Source: Candidatus Methanophagales archaeon
GTDB taxonomy: Archaea; Halobacteriota; Syntropharchaeia; Alkanophagales; Methanospirareceae
Direction of reading: 5' to 3'
Assembly: GCA_024699715.1 (NCBI GenBank)
Contig: JANPRD010000010.1
Span: 39,159 to 103,158, forward strand
DNA length: 64,000 bases
In this document: positions 1 to 10,396 of the stretch, one piece after another
Layout of the letters: every line of letters begins with the position of its first letter
How positions within the stretch are numbered: position 1 is the first letter of the stretch
Notes under the pieces: model-generated
Seen by the model: the letters and a program-made list of their open reading frames with translations, nothing else
Databases searched by the model: none
Told to the model about the DNA's origin: nothing
Position numbers and translations under genes: made by a program

Positions 1-474
1 AAGGCGAACTCATGGAAAGCTTCTCCATGGAGTTCTCTTGCCGACTTCCAAGCGAGTGCGAAAGTTTCTGATAAGTTTTCTCCCTCCTGCTCTTCCAACG
101 CATTCCTAACTGCGTGGTAAGCCATACTAAGACCGTGCTCTTCCTTCCTGCTTCCAGAAGCCCCATCCACCGTATCTTGAGGCTTTTTCACACATTTCAG
201 GTGCATAACGCTCAGCGAGAACCTTTACAGATTCCTCCATGAACTTGTAATACTTCTCAGAGGCTTGCATGTATTCTCCCTTTCTGCGTAAATCCTCCGC
301 CTCATTCAGTAAAGATGAAAGCCCGCTATGGCTTAACCTATAAAAACTCTGCCTCGGATACCTGTACAGTTCTGCCCATTCTGACCTTATCTTAAATAGA
401 GATATCTTATCAAGGCTCGTCGTATTTCTACCGATTGGGAGCGAAAACTCCGTTGTATCTTTTCTCTCCCTCAT
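1..474 (-). CDS. PaREP1/HEPN-like protein, frameshifted near 160 and running off the window start
   Basis: ORF 127..474 has AEDLRRKGEYMQASEKYYK. The shifted frame continues ...FALAWKSARELHGEAFHE, the typical PaREP1 C-terminal motif. The shift fits an extra G in TGGGG. Confidence 0.7.
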
Positions 475-803
475 TTCTCCTCTCCTTCCCCTTTCTCTTC
501 CCTTCTCCCTTTCTCTTCTTCCCTCCTTACAACTTCTGAAATGACATTCCCAATCTCCTTCAAATGTCCGAGGCTTACGAAGATTCTAGTATGCCAACTG
601 ACATGTAGACCTTCGGGAGACCCATCCTTTTCAAAGCCCTCACAGTCGACATGCCCAAATTCAAGAAAAACGCCTCTCTCACCTGCGAAACCCACTCTCA
701 TGACATCTGCAAACTTCTCTCTAAAATCTGGACTCTTTTTCCAAGGAAGTTCTCTGAGAGTTATCCTCTTTTCTACTTTTTCCCCAACCTCCTCTTTCTC
801 CAT
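471..803 (-). CDS. small hypothetical protein, DUF3467-like
   Basis: 110-aa ORF overlapping the PaREP1 start (ATGA). The pattern VFLEFG...RIFVSLGHLKEI resembles DUF3467. Confidence 0.45.
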   Translation of the reverse strand: MEKEEVGEKVEKRITLRELPWKKSPDFREKFADVMRVGFAGERGVFLEFGHVDCEGFEKDGSPEGLHVSWHTRIFVSLGHLKEIGNVISEVVRREEEKGRREEKGEGEEK

Positions 804-824
804 ATGTTGTTATATGTTGCTGTT

Positions 825-2169
825 TTATATATTGCTTTTCCTCGCTTCCTCGCCAAAAATTTCAAGAACGACGCCTGCACCGATATTTCTTCCGTTTCTC
901 ACGAGAGCGAACCTTCCAAGTGGGGGAATCTCTGAAAACCGCTCCACAACGACAGGCTCGGTCTCAAAGAGAATGACCGCTGCATCGCCTGCTTCTATTT
1001 CTTCCGGGAACTGCTCAAGCATCTCTCCGCTCTCAGAGTCTATTCGCTCCCTTATCTCAAGCACTTTCGCCTCAACAGATGCGGTGCAGACCCTTAAATT
1101 CAAAACTTCTCCCTTCTCCAGAGGCTCAAGAAGGACTGCCTCGCCCAAGAAACCGCTCACTGCGATTGGTGGCTCGTGAGCGTAACCACAAACATCCCCT
1201 CGCCTCACCACGCCACCGCCCGCTTCTCCTCTTGCCGTTTCTGCTCCTCGCTCCCGCTTCTGCTCTTGTTTCTGCCTCCGTTTCTGCTTCTGTGTCTGCT
1301 CCGCCGACCGCTTGCAAAACAATTCCGACGGAATCTCCCTTTTCAGCAGCGTTCATTTCGCCGTCAGCAGTCAATATTTTGGAAATTCTCGCTCTTATGT
1401 GCGAAGGTTCAAAAACGACTTCCTCTGCGACGCTCATTCTTCCACTCGCAACTCTCCCGACAATTACTTGCGACGATGCGACTTCGTAAATATCTTGAAC
1501 GACGAATCTGAATTTCTCCTCAGAAGATTTCCGCAATTCAACCTCATCTAATGTCTCAATCAGCGTCTTTCCTGCATACCAGCCCATATTCTCACTTCTT
1601 CTGTAAATGTTCTCGCCATTTATTGCGGAAGCGGGAATGAATGCGACATCTTCGCTCATTCCAAGTGAGCGTAAAACAGATTTTACCTGCGAGCATACTT
1701 CCTCAAACCTTTCTCTGCTGTATGCGACGGCATCCATTTTGTTAACGACAACCGCAATGACAGGAACACCTAAAAGGTGAAGAAGGAAGAGATGCCTTCT
1801 TGTCTGCTCTTTAACGCCTTCCGTAGCGGAGACGACGAGAACGGCGAGGTCAGCATGAGACGCACCCGTGAGCATATTCTTTATGAATTCCCTGTGTCCT
1901 GGCACATCTGTGAGCGTGTAAAGGCGATTTTTACCCTTGAACATCAGAGCAGTGGTGTCAATTGTCCGCTCTTCTCGCATCTCATCCTCTAATGCATCCA
2001 AAAAGTATGCAAACTCAAACCTTCTTTTGAATTCTTCCACCAATTCCTGAATCTCTGCGACCCTTTCATCGTGAATGCTCTCGCTGTCGTAGAGTAATCT
2101 GCCTATCAGCGTTGATTTTCCGTGGTCAACATGCCCTACAAACACAACTTTCGCCTCTTCCATTGCCAC
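825..2169 (-). CDS. cysN: sulfate adenylyltransferase subunit 1 (EF-1a-like GTPase), one frameshift near 1245
   Basis: GHVDHGKSTLIGRLL, DVPGH and NKMD motifs. Domain III (PPLGRFALVRNGRNIGAGVV) is in ORF 825..1322. Adjacent to cysD. Confidence 0.9.
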
Positions 2170-2202
2170 TCACGCTCACACAAACACAACACACAAACAC
2201 AC

Positions 2203-3024
2203 CTACATGTATCCAAGCGCCCTTAATTTCATCATCATGAACGCCTTTTCCTTATCTTGAGCTCTTCCAGCCCTTTCTGCCGTTTTTGTTCGCCTCAATT
2301 CCTCAACAATTTCGTCAATTGTCGCTGCGTTTGATTCAATCGGCGATGTGCATGGCTCGCATCCGAGAGAGCGGTATCGCTTTCCATTCTTTGCGAAGTA
2401 AAGCGGATTCACAGGAATGCGCTCCTTCTTAATGAATTCCCAGACATCCAGCTCCCGCCAATGCAAAATCGGGTGGACTCTCGTGTGCGTGCCTTCGCCT
2501 GTCGCCCGCTGGAAGTAATCCCAGACCTCAAGTGGCTGCTCTCGGTAGTCCCAGTGGAAATGCTGGTCACGGGGACTGTAAGTCCGCTCCTTCGCCCTAA
2601 CGCCATGCTCATCCCGTCTTATCGCAAGAATGAGTGCGTCAAAACCGTGTTCTGCAATGCATTTCATCAATGCTTGCGTCTTTAAAGCAGTGCAACATTC
2701 CAATTTGCCTTTTTCTGGTCCCATTCCTGCCTTTAATGCCTCTTCGTTTCGTGCAATTATCAGGTTCAAATCCCACTCTTTCGCCAATTTGTCCCTGAAT
2801 TCATACATTTCCCTGAACTTTCTTCCCGTGTCTATGTGAATCACAGGGAAAGGAATTTTCCCGAAGAACGCCTTTCGGCAGAGATGCAGAACCGTTGTGC
2901 TGTCCTTTCCTGTTGACCAGAGAACCGCAGGTCGCTCAAACTCCGCATACGCCTCCCTCAATATGTATATGCTCCTGTTCTCAAGCGATTTCAATCTATC
3001 GCCACTTCCTCCCATATTCCTCAC
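2203..3024 (-). CDS. cysD: sulfate adenylyltransferase subunit 2
   Basis: WSTGKDS PP-loop, HIDTG, RRDE..RAKER, YRSLGC motifs. Confidence 0.95.
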   Translation of the reverse strand: MRNMGGSGDRLKSLENRSIYILREAYAEFERPAVLWSTGKDSTTVLHLCRKAFFGKIPFPVIHIDTGRKFREMYEFRDKLAKEWDLNLIIARNEEALKAGMGPEKGKLECCTALKTQALMKCIAEHGFDALILAIRRDEHGVRAKERTYSPRDQHFHWDYREQPLEVWDYFQRATGEGTHTRVHPILHWRELDVWEFIKKERIPVNPLYFAKNGKRYRSLGCEPCTSPIESNAATIDEIVEELRRTKTAERAGRAQDKEKAFMMMKLRALGYM

Positions 3025-3139
3025 CTCTTACCGTTCTCTCCTCTTCCCTCTCTTTTCCCCTTCCTTTTTCCCTCACCTTTACACCACAACTTTACACCAC
3101 AATTTACTTTTCCCACTTCCTTTCTCACTTCCTACACCT

Positions 3140-3946
3140 TTACACCACAATTTTCGCCAAAATGGACGAACCGAGCAGTATTGTTGCGACACCGATAGCA
3201 ATTTTCAAATTTTCAGAGGATATTTTCTTCACGGTAAATGCGGAGAGAGGGGCAGCAGCAACCGAGCCAACTGTTGTTGCGACTGCGAGCTTCCAAAAAA
3301 TATCCCCTTTGAATGCAAGATATGCGATGAAGGCAACGACACAGACGAAAGTCTCAGAGACCGCTGTGGCTCCGACAGCACTCCTTGCAGAACTGCCGCT
3401 CAAAATTTGACCGCCAGTGACAAGAGGGCCATAACCGCCACCGCTCGCACCTTTGTTGAAAGAGCTTATTAAGCCGATTAAAACGAGCCTCTTCCACGAG
3501 AATTTATGCGTTTTCCTCCCTTTTATGAGAATAAATATGCCTATTGCAGTGACCATCGCACCAATATACACCTCAAGAAGCACCGTTGGAATGTTCAAAG
3601 TGAAGAATACGGCGGTCAAAGCGCCGACAATACCGCATATTGCGAGGACAAATATCACTTTTGAGTCGTGGGATTTCGGTATATATCCGAGAAAGCGAAG
3701 CCTTCTGCAAATCTCTTCGTCCCTTCGGAAGTCCAAGTGGATGTTTCCGAGCTTGTGGTGTGCAAATCCGCCGAAGAATCCGCTTGCGAGCTGCCCCAAA
3801 AGGACTGCGGGAACGACCTGCAAAGGCTGAAATCCGAGAAGAAGGAGCAAAGGCGCCAAAGTCGTGCCGTAGCCCATTCCCAGAGATGCATTCAGATACT
3901 CGCAAATGAAAGCAAATGCGGCGACTAAAAGCAACACCGTGTCCAT
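3140..3946 (-). CDS. TauE/SafE (TSUP) family sulfite/sulfur-compound transporter
   Basis: ASLGMGYGTTLAP and SGGGYGPLVT repeats; multiple TM helices. Confidence 0.85.
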   Translation of the reverse strand: MDTVLLLVAAFAFICEYLNASLGMGYGTTLAPLLLLLGFQPLQVVPAVLLGQLASGFFGGFAHHKLGNIHLDFRRDEEICRRLRFLGYIPKSHDSKVIFVLAICGIVGALTAVFFTLNIPTVLLEVYIGAMVTAIGIFILIKGRKTHKFSWKRLVLIGLISSFNKGASGGGYGPLVTGGQILSGSSARSAVGATAVSETFVCVVAFIAYLAFKGDIFWKLAVATTVGSVAAAPLSAFTVKKISSENLKIAIGVATILLGSSILAKIVV

Positions 3947-3952
3947 GCTCTT

Positions 3953-4201
3953 TCACTCCAAGTAGCCTAAAGCACGCAAACGCCGTTTCACCTCTTCCTC
4001 CTCTTCCTCGCTCAGCGAAACTTCCTCCTCTTCCCCCTCCTCTTCTTCCGAAACCGCCTTCAGCACCTCCTCAAGCACAAACGCCACATACTCGTCCACA
4101 GATTCAAAATCTGAGATGCGAACTCGCTCCTCTACTCGCTTGTAAAGCTCGGCAGGCAGAAAAACTGCCTTCTTACCTCCCTCTTCCGCACCTTCTACCA
4201 T
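3953..4201 (-). CDS. CopG/ribbon-helix-helix protein with C-terminal RLRALGYLE
   Basis: VFLPAELYKRVEERV..FESVDEYVAFVLEE RHH pattern; GGAGGT RBS upstream. Confidence 0.75.
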   Translation of the reverse strand: MVEGAEEGGKKAVFLPAELYKRVEERVRISDFESVDEYVAFVLEEVLKAVSEEEEGEEEEVSLSEEEEEEVKRRLRALGYLE

Positions 4202-4357
4202 CTGAACTCAACCTCCCTCCTTTTCTTTCTCGCTCTCTCCTCCTTTTACGCCCTCACCTCACCCTCATCTCACTACTCTCTACCCTACACACTACTCACC
4301 ACTCCGCACTACACCACACACCACTACCACACAAGACACAAACCACAAAACAAACCT

Positions 4358-4576
4358 TCACAAATATCCGAGACGACGCAGTCGCTCACGAACAGCACGC
4401 ACTTCCTCCTCCGTCAGCTTGTCTTCTTCCGTGAGTTTCCCAGTGGAGACGAGTGTCCGCATTACGAAAACGATGAACTCGGTGACGCTTGAGAATCCTG
4501 TGCCTTCAATATGCTCACGCAGTTTCTCGTAGAGCTCCCTCGGTATTTTGATTGTGACCCTGTCCGCTGCGGGCAT
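4358..4576 (-). CDS. CopG/ribbon-helix-helix protein with C-terminal RLRRLGYL
   Basis: VTIKIPRELYEKLRE..GFSSVTEFIVFVMR RHH pattern. Confidence 0.8.
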   Translation of the reverse strand: MPAADRVTIKIPRELYEKLREHIEGTGFSSVTEFIVFVMRTLVSTGKLTEEDKLTEEEVRAVRERLRRLGYL

Positions 4577-4633
4577 GACACTCAAATATCACTCAAATTT
4601 GAGTATATAAAGGTTGCGTTCGCTGCCCAAAAA

Positions 4634-7600
4634 TTAAAGATTCACCCTCACGACATTTCCATTCAAAACCGCAGATTCAGGAACTTCAACATTGCGTTCA
4701 ACATCCCACACGACCGTGTTGTTCTCAAAATGACCTCGCCGCAGATTGTATGTTGAGGCGCAAACTGTGTAATTTGTGCCGCCTTCTGCGGGGCTTATTG
4801 GGCTCGGGCATTCCGTTGAATAAGGAACAACGAAAGAGAAAGAGCCGTTTGAGAGCATTCGCTGTGCGTAAGTGAAGGTTCTTCCACGACTTGTCGTGAC
4901 ATTCGTTGAGATTTCAACGATTGAGCCTGCGGGTGCGCTGCCAACAACACGAGCACCCTTCACATATTCAAAAACTTTCACAAATTTCAGCTCATCTCCG
5001 CCGAAAGTCGCAACCGTTGAAGGCGATTCATGCACGAGTCTGTAATGCTTGAGCGGCTCAACAAACTCATTCTCGCTGAGTGCGAAGCCTCTGCCGTCAA
5101 AAAGGTGCAGTCTTATCTCCATAGACCTCCAAAATTTCGGCTTCCGCACAACTCTTGTCCCATTTTCAGTCCATACTTGCATGCAGTAGTTCGTCGTTGG
5201 CTCGCCTGCCCACACAGGATACACCCAACATGTGAAATCAATCATTCTGAAGTCAGAAATGACATAGCGAGAGCCGAGTTCATCAAGAATTTTGTTTGCA
5301 ACGCTCTCATTCTGCGCCAAGAGGAACTCGCAAGCCCCAGGTATGAACGCAAGGATTCTTAAAGTGGCATTCTTCGGCGGTGTCTCGCCCATTAAGACCT
5401 CGTCGCCATCCGTGAATCTGCTATTTCCGTCTTTGTCTGCGACAATCGCCTCACCTTTATCATATTTATAGTTATCATTGGCATCGTAATACATCTCATC
5501 TATGCTGAAACGCCTGAGTTTTGCGTTGATTGGGACTTCGCCGAACAAAGCTTCATCTTCATCCGTAAATTTACCGTTTCTGTCTTTGTCTGCGACGATT
5601 GCCTCTCCTTTTGAGTATCTGCCATCTCCGTTTGCATCGTAATACTTCACAACAGGAGGACCACCTATTCCCGCTTGGAATGGGTTAGCGTTAGGGATGC
5701 GATGTCCGATGAATGTGATAATATGCCCGTAGTCCCACCAACTCATCACACCATACGCACTTTCGGGATAATCGTAGCGCCCCGTCGTCTCATTCAGTTC
5801 GTATGTTGTGTAGTAATCAACTCCAGGGTCAGGCGTGTTATTTCGCATCCATGTCAGCGCATCATACCAGTCATCAGGGGCGCCGTGCCACCTTTCTGAC
5901 GCTATTGCGAGAGAATAATGGACACAAGCGGGCTCTCCTGCGGGAACTCCGAGCGATTCTGACGGTGTGAGGGCGTTGAGCGGAAATGGAAAGAGAATGA
6001 AAGTAATGAGGAGCAAGGAAACGAGAGACCTGCGCAAATTCTTCTCTTCTTTTCGTCCTTTCTCCCTCGCTTGCTTCCAGAAGAGCAGAAGCAGTAAGAG
6101 GAGCAACCATGGGATTAAAGCGGAGATGCCGACATACTTTATTCCTGCGAAAAGCGCTGCGAAAACGCCTGTGGTGAGAGCGATGAGTGGCAAGTCAAAC
6201 GCCTCCTTCTCAGCCTCAACTCGCCCCTTCTTCTTCACGCCACCTTTCTTCTTACGAGCTGCTCGCTGCTCCTTTCTTCGTGCCTCCGCATCCTCCGCAG
6301 CAGCACCGCTCTCTACGATTTCGTAAGTTTTCGTTGCGAAGAGTCCTGTCAGGATGGATGCGTTCACCGCAAGGTAGTAAGCGAAGCGGTTTTGACCCAT
6401 GCCAGGGATTAGGGCGCCGACTGCTGCGAGTATGAAAAGACTCCAGAGGAGCATGAGCAGATGTTCGGGGCGACGACGCTCAAAAAACATCCATGCGAGG
6501 TATGCGAGTGCGAAGTATGAAATAATCAGCGTTATCGGTTCAGCTACGAACCAAGCCCAGCCACCCTCAAAAAGCGGATGCGCCTCCGCAATCGTCAGAG
6601 CGCCGCCCCTGGGCGTGAGTGCGCCGAAAGCACCTAAAACGCTTGAAACAACAGAAGGAGCGAGAACAGAGGCAAACACTGCGACGAATGCAAGCGTGAG
6701 TAGAGGCAAGAAAGGCGTCAATTTCTCGCTGAATCCGCCCGTTCTTCCGACAACGGCACCTCCTCCGCCCGTAACTTTGCCTCCTTTGTTTGCATCTTCA
6801 CTCGCACCCAAAGCACGCTCCTCCCTGCGCCGCAGTGCGTATTTGAAAGCGAGAGGCGCTGAAAAAATAATGAAGCCGAGAGCAAATGTCGCAATATGCT
6901 TTTCGTTGTAAAAAGTGGATAGATTGAAGAAAGGAGCAAGCATTATCAGCGGAATAATGAACTCAAATGCAAGAACTTTGCACAAATAATCAACATCTTC
7001 TCCGCTAACTGCATCAATAATATACTGAATAATGCCGTAAATGAATATTATGAAACGAACATGAGACCTGCGACCCACATTAAGAGGTAAACGCCGAGGG
7101 ATATGCCTGCTGCGAGCGTGAAGAATAGTGGCTTTGCCTCTTCCCTCACGAAAATTGCGAAAAGCGGGACGAGGGCGAAGAAAATGAATGAGACGAGGAG
7201 ACCCCAAGCCCAAGGCAGAGCGAGAATCGGGATGATTGCGCCAGCTGCGAAAACGAGAACCGCCCAATCCCTGCGAGGCTCAATAAAAAATGCTGACTGC
7301 TGCTCCTTCGCATGCTTCACTGCGAGAATGAGGAAAAGCATCGCAACCGTGCTGAACAAGGACTTCGGCGACATGGTGGTCGCAGTAGCCGAGAATTGAG
7401 CGTGAGAGGAACTGACCTGGTATAATTGCAATCAAAGCGGCGGAAATCAATCCTGTTGCACGGTTATGAATCGTTTTACCGATGAAATATGCGGGGAAAA
7501 CGACGCAAGCTCCGAGAATTGCGGGATAATATGCTGCTATTGCATGCGTTAATGCAAGCGTTGGACGCCCAGCGCTTACAATCCAAGGTGCAAAAATCAT

Positions 7601-8333
7601 AATTTGGTCATAAAGAGGTGCGAAGTGCAGGTGACTACCAAACGGGAAGTATGTGAAAGCGTCGTAGAATATGCGGAAGGGGAAGTGGTCGCCGAAGAGT
7701 GCGTTCTCCACGAGACGCATGTGAAACACGGGGTCATCCGAACCGAACCTCCAGACACCGCCACGAAAAACATGCTCGTATGGAAGGAAAGCCCTCAAAA
7801 CGAGTGCAACGCCGAAAATTGACCACAATATGTTGAAAATTGTCAGACGGGACGCAAGCTCGGAAGAGGAACGCTCTGATTCATTACCACTACGCTTCCA
7901 GAAGCCCTCTCGTCCGAAGCATGAAAATTGCAGGAATGCCCGCACAAATCACCGTAACGACAACTGCAGGATTGAAATCAATGTGAAAATGCGGTGCAAA
8001 TGCCACAACAATCGGATATGCGAGGATTAAAAATTCAAGAGGAGCGAGCAGAATGGAGAGTTTCGGCTGAACGAGGCCTTTCCAGAGCAGAAAAGCGAGA
8101 GGAATGCAGTAGGCGCCGAGAATTCCAAAAAAGATGTTCAACGGCTTCGCCCCCACCACAGAAAAAAGCGATGAGATGCCACAAAGGGCGAGTAGCGAAA
8201 CTGCTGTAATATGCTTGAGTTCTTCAAAATCTTGCGCTTTTTCCTCCGCACTCTCCTTCCTCGCCGAGTTTCTTTTTGCGTTCCTTGCGTTTCTTGAGGT
8301 TCTTCCGCTCACTTTCTCTGAAGGCTTCAACAC
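4634..8333 (-). CDS. aglB: oligosaccharyltransferase AglB (STT3), split by about 3 frameshifts
   Basis: DPVFHMR, DHHVAE, TIAEAHP, QNRFAYY, SWWDYGH and NPFQAG motifs spread over ORFs 7280..7945, 7048..7431 and 4634..7267. The membrane ORF 7890..8333 is probably a fused N-terminus. Confidence 0.9.
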
Positions 8334-8405
8334 ACTCGCCCTCCTTCCCGCTCTCGCCCCTCACTTTCCACTTGAAATAAATAAGATTTGCTTCAAAGGA
8401 ATGGG

Positions 8406-9281
8406 ATGGCGTTGAAAATAGTTTCTGGGAGTGCGTCGCAGTTGCTTGCTTCTCGGATTGCAGAAGTCTTGGGCGGTGTCTTGGCGCTTTGCGAGTTCAA
8501 ACGGTTTCCAGACGGCGAACTCTACACACGAATCCTTGAGAGTGAAAGCGAAGAGACGGCGGAGGTCGTGGTCGTTCAAAGCATTCTCTCTGACAGCGAT
8601 TTCTTCTGCCTGCTTCAGCTCTTGGATGCGGTTGAGGATGTCTTCCCGAGCGCAGCGGTGGATGTCGTGATTCCATACATGGGCTACGCCCGTCAGGACA
8701 AGCGCTTCGAGCGAGGAGAGGCAATATCCGCAAGGGTCGTCGCTCGCTGCGTCAGCTCCTTCAGACCGAGGCGTGTGTTCGTCGTGAATGCGCATTCTCC
8801 AGATGCGCTTCGCTTTTTTGAGGTCCCCACTTACGAAATAAACGCCGTTCCCTTGCTCGCCTCTGCGCTTTCCTCTGTTGAGAATGCGGTCGTCGTTGCA
8901 CCCGACGAGGGCGCCACAGAGCTCGCAAAAGCACTCGCAAACGCCACAGGCTTCACATGGGATGTGCTTCAAAAGCGAAGAATAAGCGGTTCAGAGGTTG
9001 AAATTAAGCATAAATCGCTTGATGTTGATGGCAAAAATGTGATTATTGTTGACGATATTATATCAACAGGAGGAACAATCGCAACAGCAACAAAAATTCT
9101 GAAGTCGCAGAACGCAAAAGATGTCTTTGTCGCATGCATTCACGGAATTTTCGCTCAAAATGCCGTCTTAAGAATGCTGAAAGCAGGCGTCAGAGACATT
9201 TTTGCGACTGACACTGTCCCTTCGGCGTTCAGCAGGGTGAGTGTTGCCCCCGCAATTGCGTCTGCTCTGAAGGAAAAGTGA
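8406..9281 (+). CDS. prs: ribose-phosphate pyrophosphokinase
   Basis: FPDGE, YMGYARQDK, APDEGA, VDDIISTGGT. Confidence 0.95.
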   Translation: MALKIVSGSASQLLASRIAEVLGGVLALCEFKRFPDGELYTRILESESEETAEVVVVQSILSDSDFFCLLQLLDAVEDVFPSAAVDVVIPYMGYARQDKRFERGEAISARVVARCVSSFRPRRVFVVNAHSPDALRFFEVPTYEINAVPLLASALSSVENAVVVAPDEGATELAKALANATGFTWDVLQKRRISGSEVEIKHKSLDVDGKNVIIVDDIISTGGTIATATKILKSQNAKDVFVACIHGIFAQNAVLRMLKAGVRDIFATDTVPSAFSRVSVAPAIASALKEK

Positions 9282-9333
9282 GTGAGCGAGCGGAGAGGAA
9301 AGAGAGAAACAAAGAAGAAAAGGTGGTGGAGGG

Positions 9334-10365
9334 CTACCACCGCACTGTTTTCGCTGCGAGTTCGTAGGCGTTTCTCGCAGTTTCAAGAGCGTCTTCGTCA
9401 AGAAGCAGGTAAGCGGCATGCGAGTTGAAGTAAGGAGCGCCTTTTCTTGAGAAAATTGTGAGTATTCTGCCGTTGTGAAGCACTTCGACGCCATCCTCGC
9501 AAGGCTCGTGACTCCTCACGAGTGTTTTCACGCCCAAAGCCCGCAGGACTCGCTCTGAAATGTCCGTGCCGAAGTTCTTTCCTGCGCCTCGCAGTGAGAA
9601 AGTGCAGCCTTCGCCTTCAAAAGGGTCGCTCCACAGGATTTCCTCAAGCTCGCTCGTGTGCGGGTGTCTGCGGTGAGCCTCAGAGATGTCGTTGAGCGAA
9701 GTCGCATCCTGCGGTATTCCGCCGTGAGTGAGCAAGTAGCCTTCGCCTGAAAGGCATTCAATAAACGCAGCATGCGGTAAAAACTCCCAGAGGGTCTTAA
9801 CCTTCAAATATAATTCACGACCTTTCGCACCGAATTTCCTCCCGAACAGGTAGGGAAGCTCGTGAGGCGAAACTGGAAGGTCAGGCGGACCCTCGTGGTT
9901 ACCTCGCAGTAAAATTACTCTGCTTTCACACTCACTCTCACTCCCCGACTTCGCAGCAGAAGAGCATTCCGCAGCTCTTTCAAATGATTCAGAGCCTTTT
10001 GAGCCATCTACAAAGATTTTAAACTTGAAAAGTGTGTAATAAACCTCAACACTCTCATCTCCTCTGTCTCCATAGTCGCCAAGAAATATGATTTTGGAGG
10101 GATTTATCGCAAAAAAGTCTTCAATAATGCGAGAAAGACTCTCTAAATCGCCATGAATATCGCCAACTACCATTATTTTTGCCTCTCCTTCACTCTCGCT
10201 TTCGCCGCCTTTGCCTCTTCCGAATATTTCCCGAGCAGGAATGAAGACTAAACCGCTGCCCTCTCTTCTTTTCTGCTCTTCGCTGAGAATCCGCTCCACT
10301 TCACCGAGCAAAGATGCGAAATCCTCCGCAGTCGCCGAAGAAGCCTCATTTTGCCACTCACGCAT
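9334..10365 (-). CDS. PPP-family serine/threonine protein phosphatase (metallophosphoesterase)
   Basis: GDIHG, GDYGDRG, LRGNHE, HGG, LWSDP, RSHE motifs. Confidence 0.9.
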   Translation of the reverse strand: MREWQNEASSATAEDFASLLGEVERILSEEQKRREGSGLVFIPAREIFGRGKGGESESEGEAKIMVVGDIHGDLESLSRIIEDFFAINPSKIIFLGDYGDRGDESVEVYYTLFKFKIFVDGSKGSESFERAAECSSAAKSGSESECESRVILLRGNHEGPPDLPVSPHELPYLFGRKFGAKGRELYLKVKTLWEFLPHAAFIECLSGEGYLLTHGGIPQDATSLNDISEAHRRHPHTSELEEILWSDPFEGEGCTFSLRGAGKNFGTDISERVLRALGVKTLVRSHEPCEDGVEVLHNGRILTIFSRKGAPYFNSHAAYLLLDEDALETARNAYELAAKTVRW

Positions 10366-10396
10366 GCTTTCTCTTCACAGCAAGATTTAAAAAAGG

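Noticed and set aside
1200-1320. Frameshift-containing inserts (cysN, also radB, rpl4, S2P) as spliced bulge-helix-bulge mRNA introns
   Set aside because: In cysN no pairing between the insert ends is evident, and the GCAGAA-repeat frame is restored by removing a single base. A single indel is the simpler explanation for the others as well.
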